Program-made: the position numbers and the translations under genes
Origin: Candidatus Amesbacteria bacterium GW2011_GWB1_47_19
Lineage (GTDB): Bacteria > Patescibacteriota > Microgenomatia > CAZETR01 > Amesbacteraceae
Direction: 5' to 3'
Length of the DNA stretch: 64,000 nt
Assembly (NCBI GenBank): GCA_001002325.1
Contig: LCNZ01000002.1
Span: 7,093 to 71,092, forward strand
Shown: positions 47,249 to 56,230 of the stretch, piece after piece
Numbering within the stretch: position 1 is the stretch's first letter
Layout of the letters: the number at the start of each line of letters is the position of its first letter
Notes under the pieces: generated by a model
The model's database searches: none
What the model saw: only the letters and a program-made list of their open reading frames with translations
What the model was told of the DNA's origin: nothing

Positions 47249-48016
47249 ATGAACAAAAACTTTTACAGGGTTAAATTGAGTTTACTTCAAAGATATCTTA
47301 TGGATTATGCGGTCAGCATATCAGATAAAAACGATGCAGTTCTTGATTATGGATGCGGGGGTGGTGAGATGGTAGGTGATGGCTTAAATAAAAAACTTAA
47401 TATCTTTGGAACGGATACGTTCTATGAAGGAGGTAAGTCAAAAGAACTGGCAATCAGTTTGGGTTTACTGGGAAAAAAAGTGTTTAGTATGAAAAGGAAC
47501 AGGATACCGTTTCCGGATCGCAGTTTCGATCTGGTGATCTGTAATCAAGTGTTTGAGCATGTAAAAGAACTAAACGTCGTGCTGAAGGAAATCAACAGAA
47601 TTTTAAAAACAGGGGGTATCTTATTGAGCGCTTTTCCCACGAAAGAATGTGTCTACGAAGGGCACTGCGGCATACCCATGATACACTGGTTTAATAAAGA
47701 ATCGAGGTTGAGATTTGGTTATGCTCTATTATTAAGAAAAATAGGTTTTGGATATTTTAAGGAAAATAAAAAACCTGAGCGATGGGTAATGGATTTCTTA
47801 AATTGGTTGGATAAATATACAACTTACAGAACCCGTAAGGAAATATTTAGCTTGTTACGACGATACTTTAGTCAAAACGTCTTAATAAAAGACCAGTTTT
47901 ATAAATCAGTCCTTAGGAGTAAAAACATCCACATATTTGACTTTATGTTTGAGTACAAGTTTTGTAAATGGTTAATTAATAATTGTGAGGAGTGTGTAGT
48001 CTTATCAAAGAAGTAA
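47249..48016 (+). CDS. Class I SAM-dependent methyltransferase
   Basis: VLDYGCGGGEMV motif I; DLVICNQVFEHV motif; about 255 aa. Confidence 0.7.
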   Translation: MNKNFYRVKLSLLQRYLMDYAVSISDKNDAVLDYGCGGGEMVGDGLNKKLNIFGTDTFYEGGKSKELAISLGLLGKKVFSMKRNRIPFPDRSFDLVICNQVFEHVKELNVVLKEINRILKTGGILLSAFPTKECVYEGHCGIPMIHWFNKESRLRFGYALLLRKIGFGYFKENKKPERWVMDFLNWLDKYTTYRTRKEIFSLLRRYFSQNVLIKDQFYKSVLRSKNIHIFDFMFEYKFCKWLINNCEECVVLSKK

Positions 48017-48039
48017 ATCTATGGAATTTAAAATAATTA

Positions 48040-48801
48040 TTATTTTCTGAGTACAACGTTAAAAGACAATATTGTTAAATCATCCCGGGTGTACGTGTTT
48101 AACAGATTATTATCTAAATCACCTTTATATCTCATAATACTACCCATCTTAATTATTTCCAGTCGATGATTGTCAAACAGGGACAGATAATTGCTATACC
48201 TTTTACGGTTTACGTAGACCCCCGTTTTTCCGCAAAGTAATTTAAACAAAAACTCAGGAAACTTCAAGAACATCAGGTTTTCATTGTCAATCAGATGATC
48301 TCTCAAATCAACTTGATGATTCATAAACCCCCCCTTTTTTAAAACCCTCATCATTTCCCTGAAACACAGTTCCAGATCGTGTACATGCTCAAGCACTGCA
48401 CAGGAATAGATTATATCAATAGAATCGTCCTTTAATGGATAGCCCGAATTTTGTCCTATCGATATAAACTCTATTTTTTCTTTGTGTTGATCGCCTGTTA
48501 CCCCCAAATGGTCTCCTTCATCCACAGCATAATACTTTTTCGCACCGTCTTTTATACAAAGCTGCCCAAATCCGATTGATCCACCAGGCCCCAATTCGAG
48601 GATGGTCTTATTTTCAATATTTGTGAATTTATTTATCACACTCCTGAAGGCGATATATTGCTTTTGGTTATACTCCACATGAGAAGATCCGAACCAGTAA
48701 GAATTGGTTATATATTTCTCGACAATAGTTCTCATCCCCGGGAAGAGTGAATAAGTGAGATTTTGGACCAATGTTAAGGGTATCTTAAGATAGATATTCA
48801 T
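48040..48801 (-). CDS. Class I SAM-dependent methyltransferase
   Basis: ILELGPGGSIGFG motif I; AVDEGD motif II; CAVLEHV. Confidence 0.7.
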   Translation of the reverse strand: MNIYLKIPLTLVQNLTYSLFPGMRTIVEKYITNSYWFGSSHVEYNQKQYIAFRSVINKFTNIENKTILELGPGGSIGFGQLCIKDGAKKYYAVDEGDHLGVTGDQHKEKIEFISIGQNSGYPLKDDSIDIIYSCAVLEHVHDLELCFREMMRVLKKGGFMNHQVDLRDHLIDNENLMFLKFPEFLFKLLCGKTGVYVNRKRYSNYLSLFDNHRLEIIKMGSIMRYKGDLDNNLLNTYTRDDLTILSFNVVLRK

Positions 48802-49943
48802 ACTAACGTTTTAATTAATAGGTTGTATTTATCGATACTATTCTGCCAGTTAAAATTAGCTTCGACAAATTTTTGTTGATCTTTTGAACTTGATAATTCT
48901 TTAATATTTTCACACATATCAACAATACCGGCTTTGATGGCAGCGGAACTGGACTCCTTAATTAGTATCCCAAAATTATTATCATTCAAAATTTCTTTTG
49001 CACCCTCACCGGGAGTTGCTACTATTCTGCATCCGCAATATATGGCTTCTAAAAGCGAAGTAGACAACCCCCCTCCACTAAAAGAGGAATGAATATAAAC
49101 GTCACTTATTTTTAGGAAAGAGATCACTTCTTGTCTGGTGATCTTACCTGTGAATAATACATAATTATCTGCAATATTTTTAAGCCGGTCCAAATCTTCC
49201 CCATCTCCCATTATTATAAAAATTATCCTCCTTTTTAATGGTTCTGACATTCCTTTTATAGCCTTAATGGTATTTTCGACTCCTTTCCATTTGTATAACC
49301 TCCCTGAAAATGAAAGAAGAATTTTTCCTTTATATTTTCTTCTGAAATAAATTCTCGGTTTAACTTTATTGATAAAACCAAAATTGATACCCCGATATAT
49401 CAGTGGGCTGGCTCTTTTATCAAACCGTTTAATAAAACTTTGAACCGCTTGAGATATTGAGACATTAATATCTGATGACGAAATCATTAATCTGCCCAAT
49501 GTTTCATCATATATTCTGGCTAATAAAGTACTGAATTGACTGCTTAACCTCACAAAATCCGACCCGTGTTCAATATGCATCCACTTGGTATTTTTAAGTT
49601 TCGAAAATAAGAAAGCCATGGGCGTAGTCACAAAAAACCTTGTTCTGGAAATTACTACATCGAATTTTTGTTGAAATAAAGTCATGAACAATTGCCAAAA
49701 CCTCAACGACCATAATTTGGGTAAAGGATAGTTCGGAATAATTTCAAAAGCCGGAAACCTGAATACTTTTACATTTTTATACCTGTTCTCGATCTCCTTA
49801 GCATCAATAGGTATCCGTGGTGTGAAGACGCTAATTTCGTATCCCAATCGCGCTAAATGATAATTAAATTCGTCTGCATGATTTTCTAATCCGCCAATAT
49901 GAGGCGGATAGTAAGGAGAGAAAACTAAAATTTTCATACCCAA
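48798..49943 (-). CDS. GT4-family glycosyltransferase
   Basis: MKILVFSPYYPPHIGGLENH N-terminus; C-terminal E-x7-E region. Confidence 0.8.
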   Translation of the reverse strand: MGMKILVFSPYYPPHIGGLENHADEFNYHLARLGYEISVFTPRIPIDAKEIENRYKNVKVFRFPAFEIIPNYPLPKLWSLRFWQLFMTLFQQKFDVVISRTRFFVTTPMAFLFSKLKNTKWMHIEHGSDFVRLSSQFSTLLARIYDETLGRLMISSSDINVSISQAVQSFIKRFDKRASPLIYRGINFGFINKVKPRIYFRRKYKGKILLSFSGRLYKWKGVENTIKAIKGMSEPLKRRIIFIIMGDGEDLDRLKNIADNYVLFTGKITRQEVISFLKISDVYIHSSFSGGGLSTSLLEAIYCGCRIVATPGEGAKEILNDNNFGILIKESSSAAIKAGIVDMCENIKELSSSKDQQKFVEANFNWQNSIDKYNLLIKTLV

Positions 49944-49945
49944 CT

Positions 49946-50290
49946 TTATCGCCGATGAGTCTTTTTATCTGATCCTTTGATAGCTTCCTGTCGAACAAAG
50001 TCTGAAAATTTCTTCTTAATCTGTTGATTATCTACGTAATTTTTATAAGAGGTTATCCAAAGCGCAACGAATGACAAAACCATTATCAAATCCATTACTC
50101 TGACAACCCCCAAACGATACGTAATCTTTTCTAATAAATCTGGAAATAGTATTGACGCTAGAAAGAAAAGCCATATTAATGACCACACAATCAACTCGTT
50201 CACAAAAATTATTCTCTTCTTATATACAAGAAATACCCAAAACAACATGTACAGTCCAAAACAAAACAACCCCAACTGAAAAATTACCAT
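49946..50290 (-). CDS. Small 3-TM membrane protein (DUF2304-like partner of Dpm1-type GT2)
   Basis: 114 aa, three hydrophobic helices; immediately downstream of and overlapping the Dpm1-like GT2 at 50284-50958. Confidence 0.55.
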   Translation of the reverse strand: MVIFQLGLFCFGLYMLFWVFLVYKKRIIFVNELIVWSLIWLFFLASILFPDLLEKITYRLGVVRVMDLIMVLSFVALWITSYKNYVDNQQIKKKFSDFVRQEAIKGSDKKTHRR

Positions 50291-50958
50291 TTTAATCTAA
50301 GTTTCCACAAAAATAACTCACCGACCAATTTTATGCCGTCTTGAATCGTAATTCCAGTTGCAGAACGTTTATCAAGATATATCGCATCTATTAGCAGCTC
50401 CTGACATCGTAATTTATTAATACCTGCATGAACGACCATTTCAATATCCGAAGAGTAATCTGAAGCCTTCCAACTTATCTTAGAATACACTTTTGATTGA
50501 AATGCCTTATAACCGCACGCCACATCTCTCAGTCTCAAACCAAACAAGCCGCTGGTGAATCTGCTTAAAACTCGATTAAAAATTAGCCGGCCGAATGGCA
50601 TTCCTTTATGCATTCTCCTGGCGCCGAAAATCATTTGATTACCTTGATCCAGCAAGCGAATAAATTGGGGGATTTCTTTAGGATCATGCTGGCCGTCCGC
50701 ATCCATCAGAATAATTGACTTAGCACCGGATTTAATGGCCAATTCGCACCCCGTTTTTAAAGCCATTCCCTTTCCTAAATTAACCCGGTGCCGGGCAACC
50801 ATAATGGCAGGTGGTAAAAATTTTTCGATAGGAAATTTGGAACCGTCATCAACCACAATCACCCGATTCAGTGGGTGATATGATTTTAATTTTCGTATCG
50901 TTAGCGGTAGATGCCGTTCTTCGTTATATGCCGGAATAACTATGTAAATATTTTTCAT
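50284..50958 (-). CDS. Dpm1-like GT2 polyprenol-phosphate glycosyltransferase
   Basis: IYIVIPAYNEERHL...VIVVDDGSKF...IILMDADGQHDP, about 224 aa with no TM. Confidence 0.8.
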   Translation of the reverse strand: MKNIYIVIPAYNEERHLPLTIRKLKSYHPLNRVIVVDDGSKFPIEKFLPPAIMVARHRVNLGKGMALKTGCELAIKSGAKSIILMDADGQHDPKEIPQFIRLLDQGNQMIFGARRMHKGMPFGRLIFNRVLSRFTSGLFGLRLRDVACGYKAFQSKVYSKISWKASDYSSDIEMVVHAGINKLRCQELLIDAIYLDKRSATGITIQDGIKLVGELFLWKLRLKW

Positions 50959-51037
50959 TTCGAGCCTCGATAATATTGTATTATAGTAATAGTTTATTAA
51001 AAAAGCAGACTCAATAAATAAAGACTATCATTTAATT

Positions 51038-51643
51038 ATGACCCCTAGCTCGTTTACAAAAAAATACTTCGATGATATCAGCCTCATATTATCTCAAATA
51101 GACAAATCTGTACTGGACAAACTGGTTGATCTATTGTGGGAAATTTACATTGAGCGAAAACACATGTTTTTTATCGGAAATGGCGGTAGTGCCAGTCTGT
51201 CTTCCCACTTAGCTGCTGATCTGGGTAAAAACACCATCTCTCATTCATCAACCGTTCCCCGATTCCAAACGCAGTCATTAACAGACAATGTTGCATGGAT
51301 TACAGCATTGGCCAATGATTTAAAATACCGGGATATTTTTGTCGAACAATTGAAAAACTTAAGCAATCCCGGCGATTTATTATTCGTTATCAGCGGCAGC
51401 GGAAACAGCCCTAACTTGGTACAGGCTGTAAAATGGGCGCGATTAAACAAAATTAAGACCGTTGGTTTATTGGGTTTTGATGGAGGTAAACTTAAAAATC
51501 TGGTTAAGTTTATGGTATTAGTGCCATCATTGAGTTATGAGTATGTGGAAGGTGTCCACGCAGTGATTGCCCACTACTTGGTTGCTTCATTAAAGTTTAG
51601 ATTTAACCGGCGTCTTTCCACTATTACCTCCAATAAGATCTGA
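51038..51643 (+). CDS. SIS-domain phosphoheptose isomerase-like protein (second GmhA-like copy)
   Basis: MFFIGNGGSASLSSHLAADL...LLFVISGSGNS...VGLLGFDGGKLK...VEGVHAVIAHYL. Confidence 0.7.
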   Translation: MTPSSFTKKYFDDISLILSQIDKSVLDKLVDLLWEIYIERKHMFFIGNGGSASLSSHLAADLGKNTISHSSTVPRFQTQSLTDNVAWITALANDLKYRDIFVEQLKNLSNPGDLLFVISGSGNSPNLVQAVKWARLNKIKTVGLLGFDGGKLKNLVKFMVLVPSLSYEYVEGVHAVIAHYLVASLKFRFNRRLSTITSNKI

Positions 51644-52566
51644 TCAATAGGAGTCTCCGGGACAAAACCGATTGATTTAATAAGTTTTTTGACACTCGGA
51701 ACTCTCCTCGACATATCATTGAATCCTTTCTCAAATACTTTGGCAAAAGGGACAAGCTTAATCCTGGATCGGGAACCGGTTAGGTGTTTGATCTTTTTAG
51801 CCAGTGTCAGAATGGATATTTCCTGAGTTGATCCGATGTTAAATACTTTTCCGATAGCATATTCATTTTCAGTCAGAGCAGAGAGCGCGTTAACCGCATC
51901 CTTAACAAAAGCAAAACACCGGGTCTGAGAGCCATCTCCATACACTGTCAATGGTTTACCGGATAATGCCTGTTCCACCAGTCTGGGAATTACCATTCCG
52001 TACGTCCCAACTTGTCGCGGACCGACGGTATTAAATATTCTGGCAATTATCACCGGTAGTTTCTTTTCCTGGAAATATCCCATCGTAAGAAATTCATCAA
52101 CAATTTTCGTAGCGGCATATCCCCACCTTCTGATGTGTGTCGGACCGATTATTCGGTTATCATCCTCTTCAAACGGGACCTTATTGCTCATGCCGTAAGT
52201 TTCCGAAGTCGAAGCCACCATCACCCTGATATTCTTAAGCTTCGCAGCTTCTTCCAGTACATTTCCTGTACCTTCCACATTTACCACAATTGATTCAATC
52301 GGTTTGTCCACCACCAGTTGTGCTCCTACCACTGCGGCCAGATGGATTACCCAGTCGGCTCCTCTCATTGCACTTACTAAGTCCGGCCGTTTCAGAATAT
52401 CCCCCTTAAAAAACTTGAACCTGTTTTTATTCGCCAGAGTTGATAAATTACTCAGTCTTCCGGTTGATAAATTATCCAGGATTGTTACGTAGTGACCTTT
52501 TTCGTGTAATAATTCTGCCAGATGACTTCCGATAAATCCGGCACCTCCGGTAATCAGGTAATGCAT
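51574..52566 (-). CDS. NAD-dependent epimerase/dehydratase (extended SDR)
   Basis: MHYLITGGAGFIGSHLA; YAATK (YxxxK). Start trimmed to Met47 of the track ORF, whose N-terminal 46 aa are low-complexity and overlap the divergent gene. Confidence 0.7.
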   Translation of the reverse strand: MHYLITGGAGFIGSHLAELLHEKGHYVTILDNLSTGRLSNLSTLANKNRFKFFKGDILKRPDLVSAMRGADWVIHLAAVVGAQLVVDKPIESIVVNVEGTGNVLEEAAKLKNIRVMVASTSETYGMSNKVPFEEDDNRIIGPTHIRRWGYAATKIVDEFLTMGYFQEKKLPVIIARIFNTVGPRQVGTYGMVIPRLVEQALSGKPLTVYGDGSQTRCFAFVKDAVNALSALTENEYAIGKVFNIGSTQEISILTLAKKIKHLTGSRSRIKLVPFAKVFEKGFNDMSRRVPSVKKLIKSIGFVPETPIDQILLEVIVERRRLNLNFNEATK

Positions 52567-53700
52567 ACGATTTCCAAGATTAGCATAATTTTTCCCAAAA
52601 TTCTGAACTGGCTGATTCTGGGATTGATCGGAATTTCCTTGATCATTTTTATTATCTCCCATAGGAGAGTATATTCCACGGTTTACGATACCCGTTTTTG
52701 GCAAAATGAATTCCCAAAAACCCAGCTGGTGATCGGTGATAAAGCGGACAGATTTTATTCCGATACAGAGTTATACGCGATTTTAGGATACAAATACGCT
52801 CTGGGCCAGAATCCCGTAACCATGCATCCCGAAGTTCCTCCCTTGGGTAAGCAAATTATCGGCGCCGGAATTATTCTTTTTAGAAATCAAAATCTGGCCA
52901 GCCTGCTTTTGGGTTTGGGGGGACTGTCTTTGTTGTATTTGATCGGCCTTAAAGTTTCGCCCTCCCGGACTGTAGTCTTACTGACCGTCCTGCTGGTATC
53001 CTTGGACCGGGTATTTCACACTTTGATATCCGACTCTTATATTGATACTCCCCAGTTATTCCTTTTTCTGCTCTCTTTGTATCTATTCTTGAGCTCACTA
53101 ACCAATCAGCGACGGTTTATCTTGGCAAGTCTATCGCTGGGATTGATGATGGCTACAAAGTTTTATTTTAACGGTTTACTGTTGCTGGCTGTTTATCTGA
53201 TCTATCTCACATTGCAAAGGAATTTTCGGATTTTTATGGGCTTCACACTTTCGCTGCCGGCTGTCGCTATAGGATATCTGCTACCCTACACGTATTCTTT
53301 CATTACCGGTTTCGGACTTACGGACTGGATTCGGCTCCAGCGCTGGATGACTTCCTGGTGGGCGGGTAATGCCCGCGTTCCCTGGGGAGGTATTTTTTCT
53401 ATCATCTTTACCGGTAATTGGCATACCTGGTGGGGTAATCGGGATATTATTGCGGTAGGGGAGTGGACCCCCCTCTGGCCTCTGGCTGCTGTTCTCGGTT
53501 TCATTTCAATTTTTCAGATTATTAAAAACAGAAATTACCCCGGTTTATTGTTATGGCTCTGGTGTATTTTTTACCTGCTGTTTCTCTCCGTCACCTCACC
53601 CTTCCCCCGTTATCTGATTCTTCTTATGCCTTTTCTGTATCTGCTCACTCTGGATTTTATCCGGCAGCTATTTTCTAGGCTGAATAAAACAAAGACATGA
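52561..53700 (+). CDS. Polytopic membrane protein, putative GT-C glycosyltransferase
   Basis: About 10 TM helices; loop DTELYAILGYKYALGQNP. The ATG at 52561 sits back-to-back with the minus-strand ATG of the epimerase (ATGCAT); the start could be further upstream. Confidence 0.55.
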   Translation: MHTISKISIIFPKILNWLILGLIGISLIIFIISHRRVYSTVYDTRFWQNEFPKTQLVIGDKADRFYSDTELYAILGYKYALGQNPVTMHPEVPPLGKQIIGAGIILFRNQNLASLLLGLGGLSLLYLIGLKVSPSRTVVLLTVLLVSLDRVFHTLISDSYIDTPQLFLFLLSLYLFLSSLTNQRRFILASLSLGLMMATKFYFNGLLLLAVYLIYLTLQRNFRIFMGFTLSLPAVAIGYLLPYTYSFITGFGLTDWIRLQRWMTSWWAGNARVPWGGIFSIIFTGNWHTWWGNRDIIAVGEWTPLWPLAAVLGFISIFQIIKNRNYPGLLLWLWCIFYLLFLSVTSPFPRYLILLMPFLYLLTLDFIRQLFSRLNKTKT

Positions 53701-54971
53701 AGCAGATATTATCCCGCGGCTGGTATCTTGCCCGCTCGGCAACCGCCCGCTCCGCCTACACCCTATTGGCCGGTAACCTCACCGACTCAATTTTGGCCTT
53801 TTTGTTCACCCTTATCAGTTTCCGCTTGTTGTCCACGGCGGATTTCGGAATATTTTCAGCCGTTAATAACTTCGTATTTACCTGTGTTCTGGTCCTGGAT
53901 TTGGGGATTGGTGGATCGCTTTTGCATTTTATTCCCTATTGGCAAAGCCACCGCCTCCGGGAAAAGGAAGCATCATATATATGGTCGGGAATAATCTTCA
54001 GGGTAGGCGCTGCGGTCGCAGCGGGCACATTCCTGTTGGTTTTCTCCCATCAGATAGCGGGATTTTTCCGGACGCCGGATGTACTGGTCCCGGTTATCGC
54101 CGGGATGTCACTGATCACTATTTCAATTCTCGACGTGTTGGTATTTGCCCTCCAGGGATATAGAAAATTTTTTCACTCTGTCCTTGCCGCCAATATTTTT
54201 TCTTGTCTACGGTTTCTGTTTGTGGCTGTGGTTTGGATTACTCTTCTGCCGTACAGTGTAGTCCTGGCCACCCTAATATCGGCCGTCTCACCGGTTTTGA
54301 GCATTTTCCTTTCCCGTCGTTGGCTCAGACTTCCCTCCTTTACTCTGCCCCGGCCCGGAGTTTTTCGCTCCCTTCTGGGTTTCAGCGGCTGGATGGCCCT
54401 CTCTAAAATTAGCTCTACTATCGCTACCCGCATGGATATCCAGATTATTATTCTGTTTTTAGGACCGGCTCTTGCGGGAGTCTACTCGGTAGCTGCCCGT
54501 CTGGCGAACTTTTACCCGGTCATGTTTGTCAGTATTACCTCAATCCTGGCTGCCAGACTAATTCGGATTTCGGATCGCCGGCATGCGAAAACTTTTTTGG
54601 GTAAAACATTAGTGGCTTTTTGTCTAATCGGCTGCGCCATGTTAATCGGAGCAGCCGTAGCCAGTCCCTTGATCGGTTTACTTTTCGGCCGGTCCGCTCT
54701 GCCTGCAGCCCCGTTCTTCCGGGGATTAACTTTAGCCTATTTGCCTATGCTATTTTCTGTTTTACCTCTGGGAATGGTTATTTATTATTTCAAACTTCCC
54801 CGATTGGCAGGTTGGCTGGGATTAACTCAACTAATGATCACTTTGACAGGGAATTTGCTGCTGACTCCGGTGTGGGGGCCTTTCGGTCCTGTAATATCCA
54901 TTGGTGTGGCCAATGCCCTTGTTCTTTTGATGGGTTTAGTTATAGTTTATAGACTATGGAAATCGGCATAA
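53697..54971 (+). CDS. Wzx/MOP-family polysaccharide flippase-like membrane protein (second)
   Basis: 424 aa, 12-14 TM helices, ATGA-coupled to the upstream gene. Confidence 0.6.
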   Translation: MKQILSRGWYLARSATARSAYTLLAGNLTDSILAFLFTLISFRLLSTADFGIFSAVNNFVFTCVLVLDLGIGGSLLHFIPYWQSHRLREKEASYIWSGIIFRVGAAVAAGTFLLVFSHQIAGFFRTPDVLVPVIAGMSLITISILDVLVFALQGYRKFFHSVLAANIFSCLRFLFVAVVWITLLPYSVVLATLISAVSPVLSIFLSRRWLRLPSFTLPRPGVFRSLLGFSGWMALSKISSTIATRMDIQIIILFLGPALAGVYSVAARLANFYPVMFVSITSILAARLIRISDRRHAKTFLGKTLVAFCLIGCAMLIGAAVASPLIGLLFGRSALPAAPFFRGLTLAYLPMLFSVLPLGMVIYYFKLPRLAGWLGLTQLMITLTGNLLLTPVWGPFGPVISIGVANALVLLMGLVIVYRLWKSA

Positions 54972-56230
54972 TCGGGGCAGGTTTTGTCGGACTAAGTGCG
55001 GCATATCATCTCGCGAAATCAGGTCATCAGGTTACAGTGTTTGAAAAAGAAGCTCAATCCGCCGGCTTGGCTATGGGTTTCAAAGAACCCGAATGGCAAT
55101 GGAGTTTAGAAAAGCACTATCACCATTTTTTTGTCTCCGACCACCATATCCGGAACCTGGCGGCTAAAATCGGCCACCGCGTAAATTTTGTCAGACCAAT
55201 AACCTCCACCTATCTCGACGGCGAAATATTCCAGCTCGATTCCCCCTTAAGCTTACTCCGTTTCCCCAAATTGACGCTTTCCGGGAGGCTGCGTATGGGC
55301 GCGGTTTTGGCCTATTTAAAATTATCCCCAGATTGGCAATCACTCAAAAATATCCCTGCTTCAGTATTTATTCCCAAATTCATGGGTCAAAAAGCTTGGG
55401 ACATAGTCTGGAAGCCGTTATTCAAAGGTAAATTCGGCAAATATTATAAACAAATCAATTCCGCCTGGTTTTGGGCTCGTATTCATCCCCGTTCCTCGTC
55501 GCTGGGTTATCCCGAAGGCGGCTTCCAGGCTTTGGCTCTGCATTTACAAAACGTTGCTCAGGCCGCCGGAGCTGAATTTGTTTTTTCCACCGGCATCAGT
55601 CGCGTTTCCCCGGCTGGTAAAAACCGGCTGCGCATTTCTACCGATACCCAAAAGTATTTTGACTTTGACAAAGTTATTTGTTCCCTGACCACGCCGTTTT
55701 TTACCCGGATAGTTGATTTGCCGGCCGACTACCTGGCCCGACTCAAACCTCTTATAGGATTGGGTGCAGTGAATCTGATCTTATCTTTAAAACAGAAATT
55801 CCTCCCGGGCGTCTATTGGTTAAACATCAACGAACCGGGCTTCCCCTTTTTGGCCGTTGTCGAACACACCAATTATATGAGCCCCGAATATTACAACGGC
55901 GATCGGTTGGTTTATATCGGTAATTACCTGCCGCCTGAACACCCCTATTTCCAAAAAGACAGCCCGGCGTTATTGAAAGTATTTACTCCTTATCTTAAAC
56001 AAATCAATCCGGATTTTTCCCAGAATTGGGTCAAAAAATCCTGGGTTTGGAAAGCCTCTTTTGCCCAACCGATCGTGACCAGCGGTTATTATCACCAAAT
56101 ACCTCCCATGATTACTCCGGTTAAAAATCTCTTTTTAGCCAATATGCAGCAGATTTATCCGTGGGACCGGGGAACAAACTATGCGGTAGAATTGGGGGAG
56201 AAAGCCGCTCGCCATGCATCATCAGCTTAA
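54956..56230 (+). CDS. FAD-dependent oxidoreductase (amine-oxidase/protoporphyrinogen-oxidase-like fold)
   Basis: MEIGIIGAGFVGLSAAYHLAKSGHQVTVFEKEAQSAGLA (GxGxxG plus acidic residue of the FAD beta-alpha-beta fold). Confidence 0.65.
   Translation: MEIGIIGAGFVGLSAAYHLAKSGHQVTVFEKEAQSAGLAMGFKEPEWQWSLEKHYHHFFVSDHHIRNLAAKIGHRVNFVRPITSTYLDGEIFQLDSPLSLLRFPKLTLSGRLRMGAVLAYLKLSPDWQSLKNIPASVFIPKFMGQKAWDIVWKPLFKGKFGKYYKQINSAWFWARIHPRSSSLGYPEGGFQALALHLQNVAQAAGAEFVFSTGISRVSPAGKNRLRISTDTQKYFDFDKVICSLTTPFFTRIVDLPADYLARLKPLIGLGAVNLILSLKQKFLPGVYWLNINEPGFPFLAVVEHTNYMSPEYYNGDRLVYIGNYLPPEHPYFQKDSPALLKVFTPYLKQINPDFSQNWVKKSWVWKASFAQPIVTSGYYHQIPPMITPVKNLFLANMQQIYPWDRGTNYAVELGEKAARHASSA

Noticed and set aside
14312-53700. 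PglB/AglB-type oligosaccharyltransferase among the GT-C-like membrane proteins
   Set aside because: None of the polytopic membrane proteins contains a WWDYG motif or a DxD/ExD pair in the OST arrangement; they are called generically GT-C-like.
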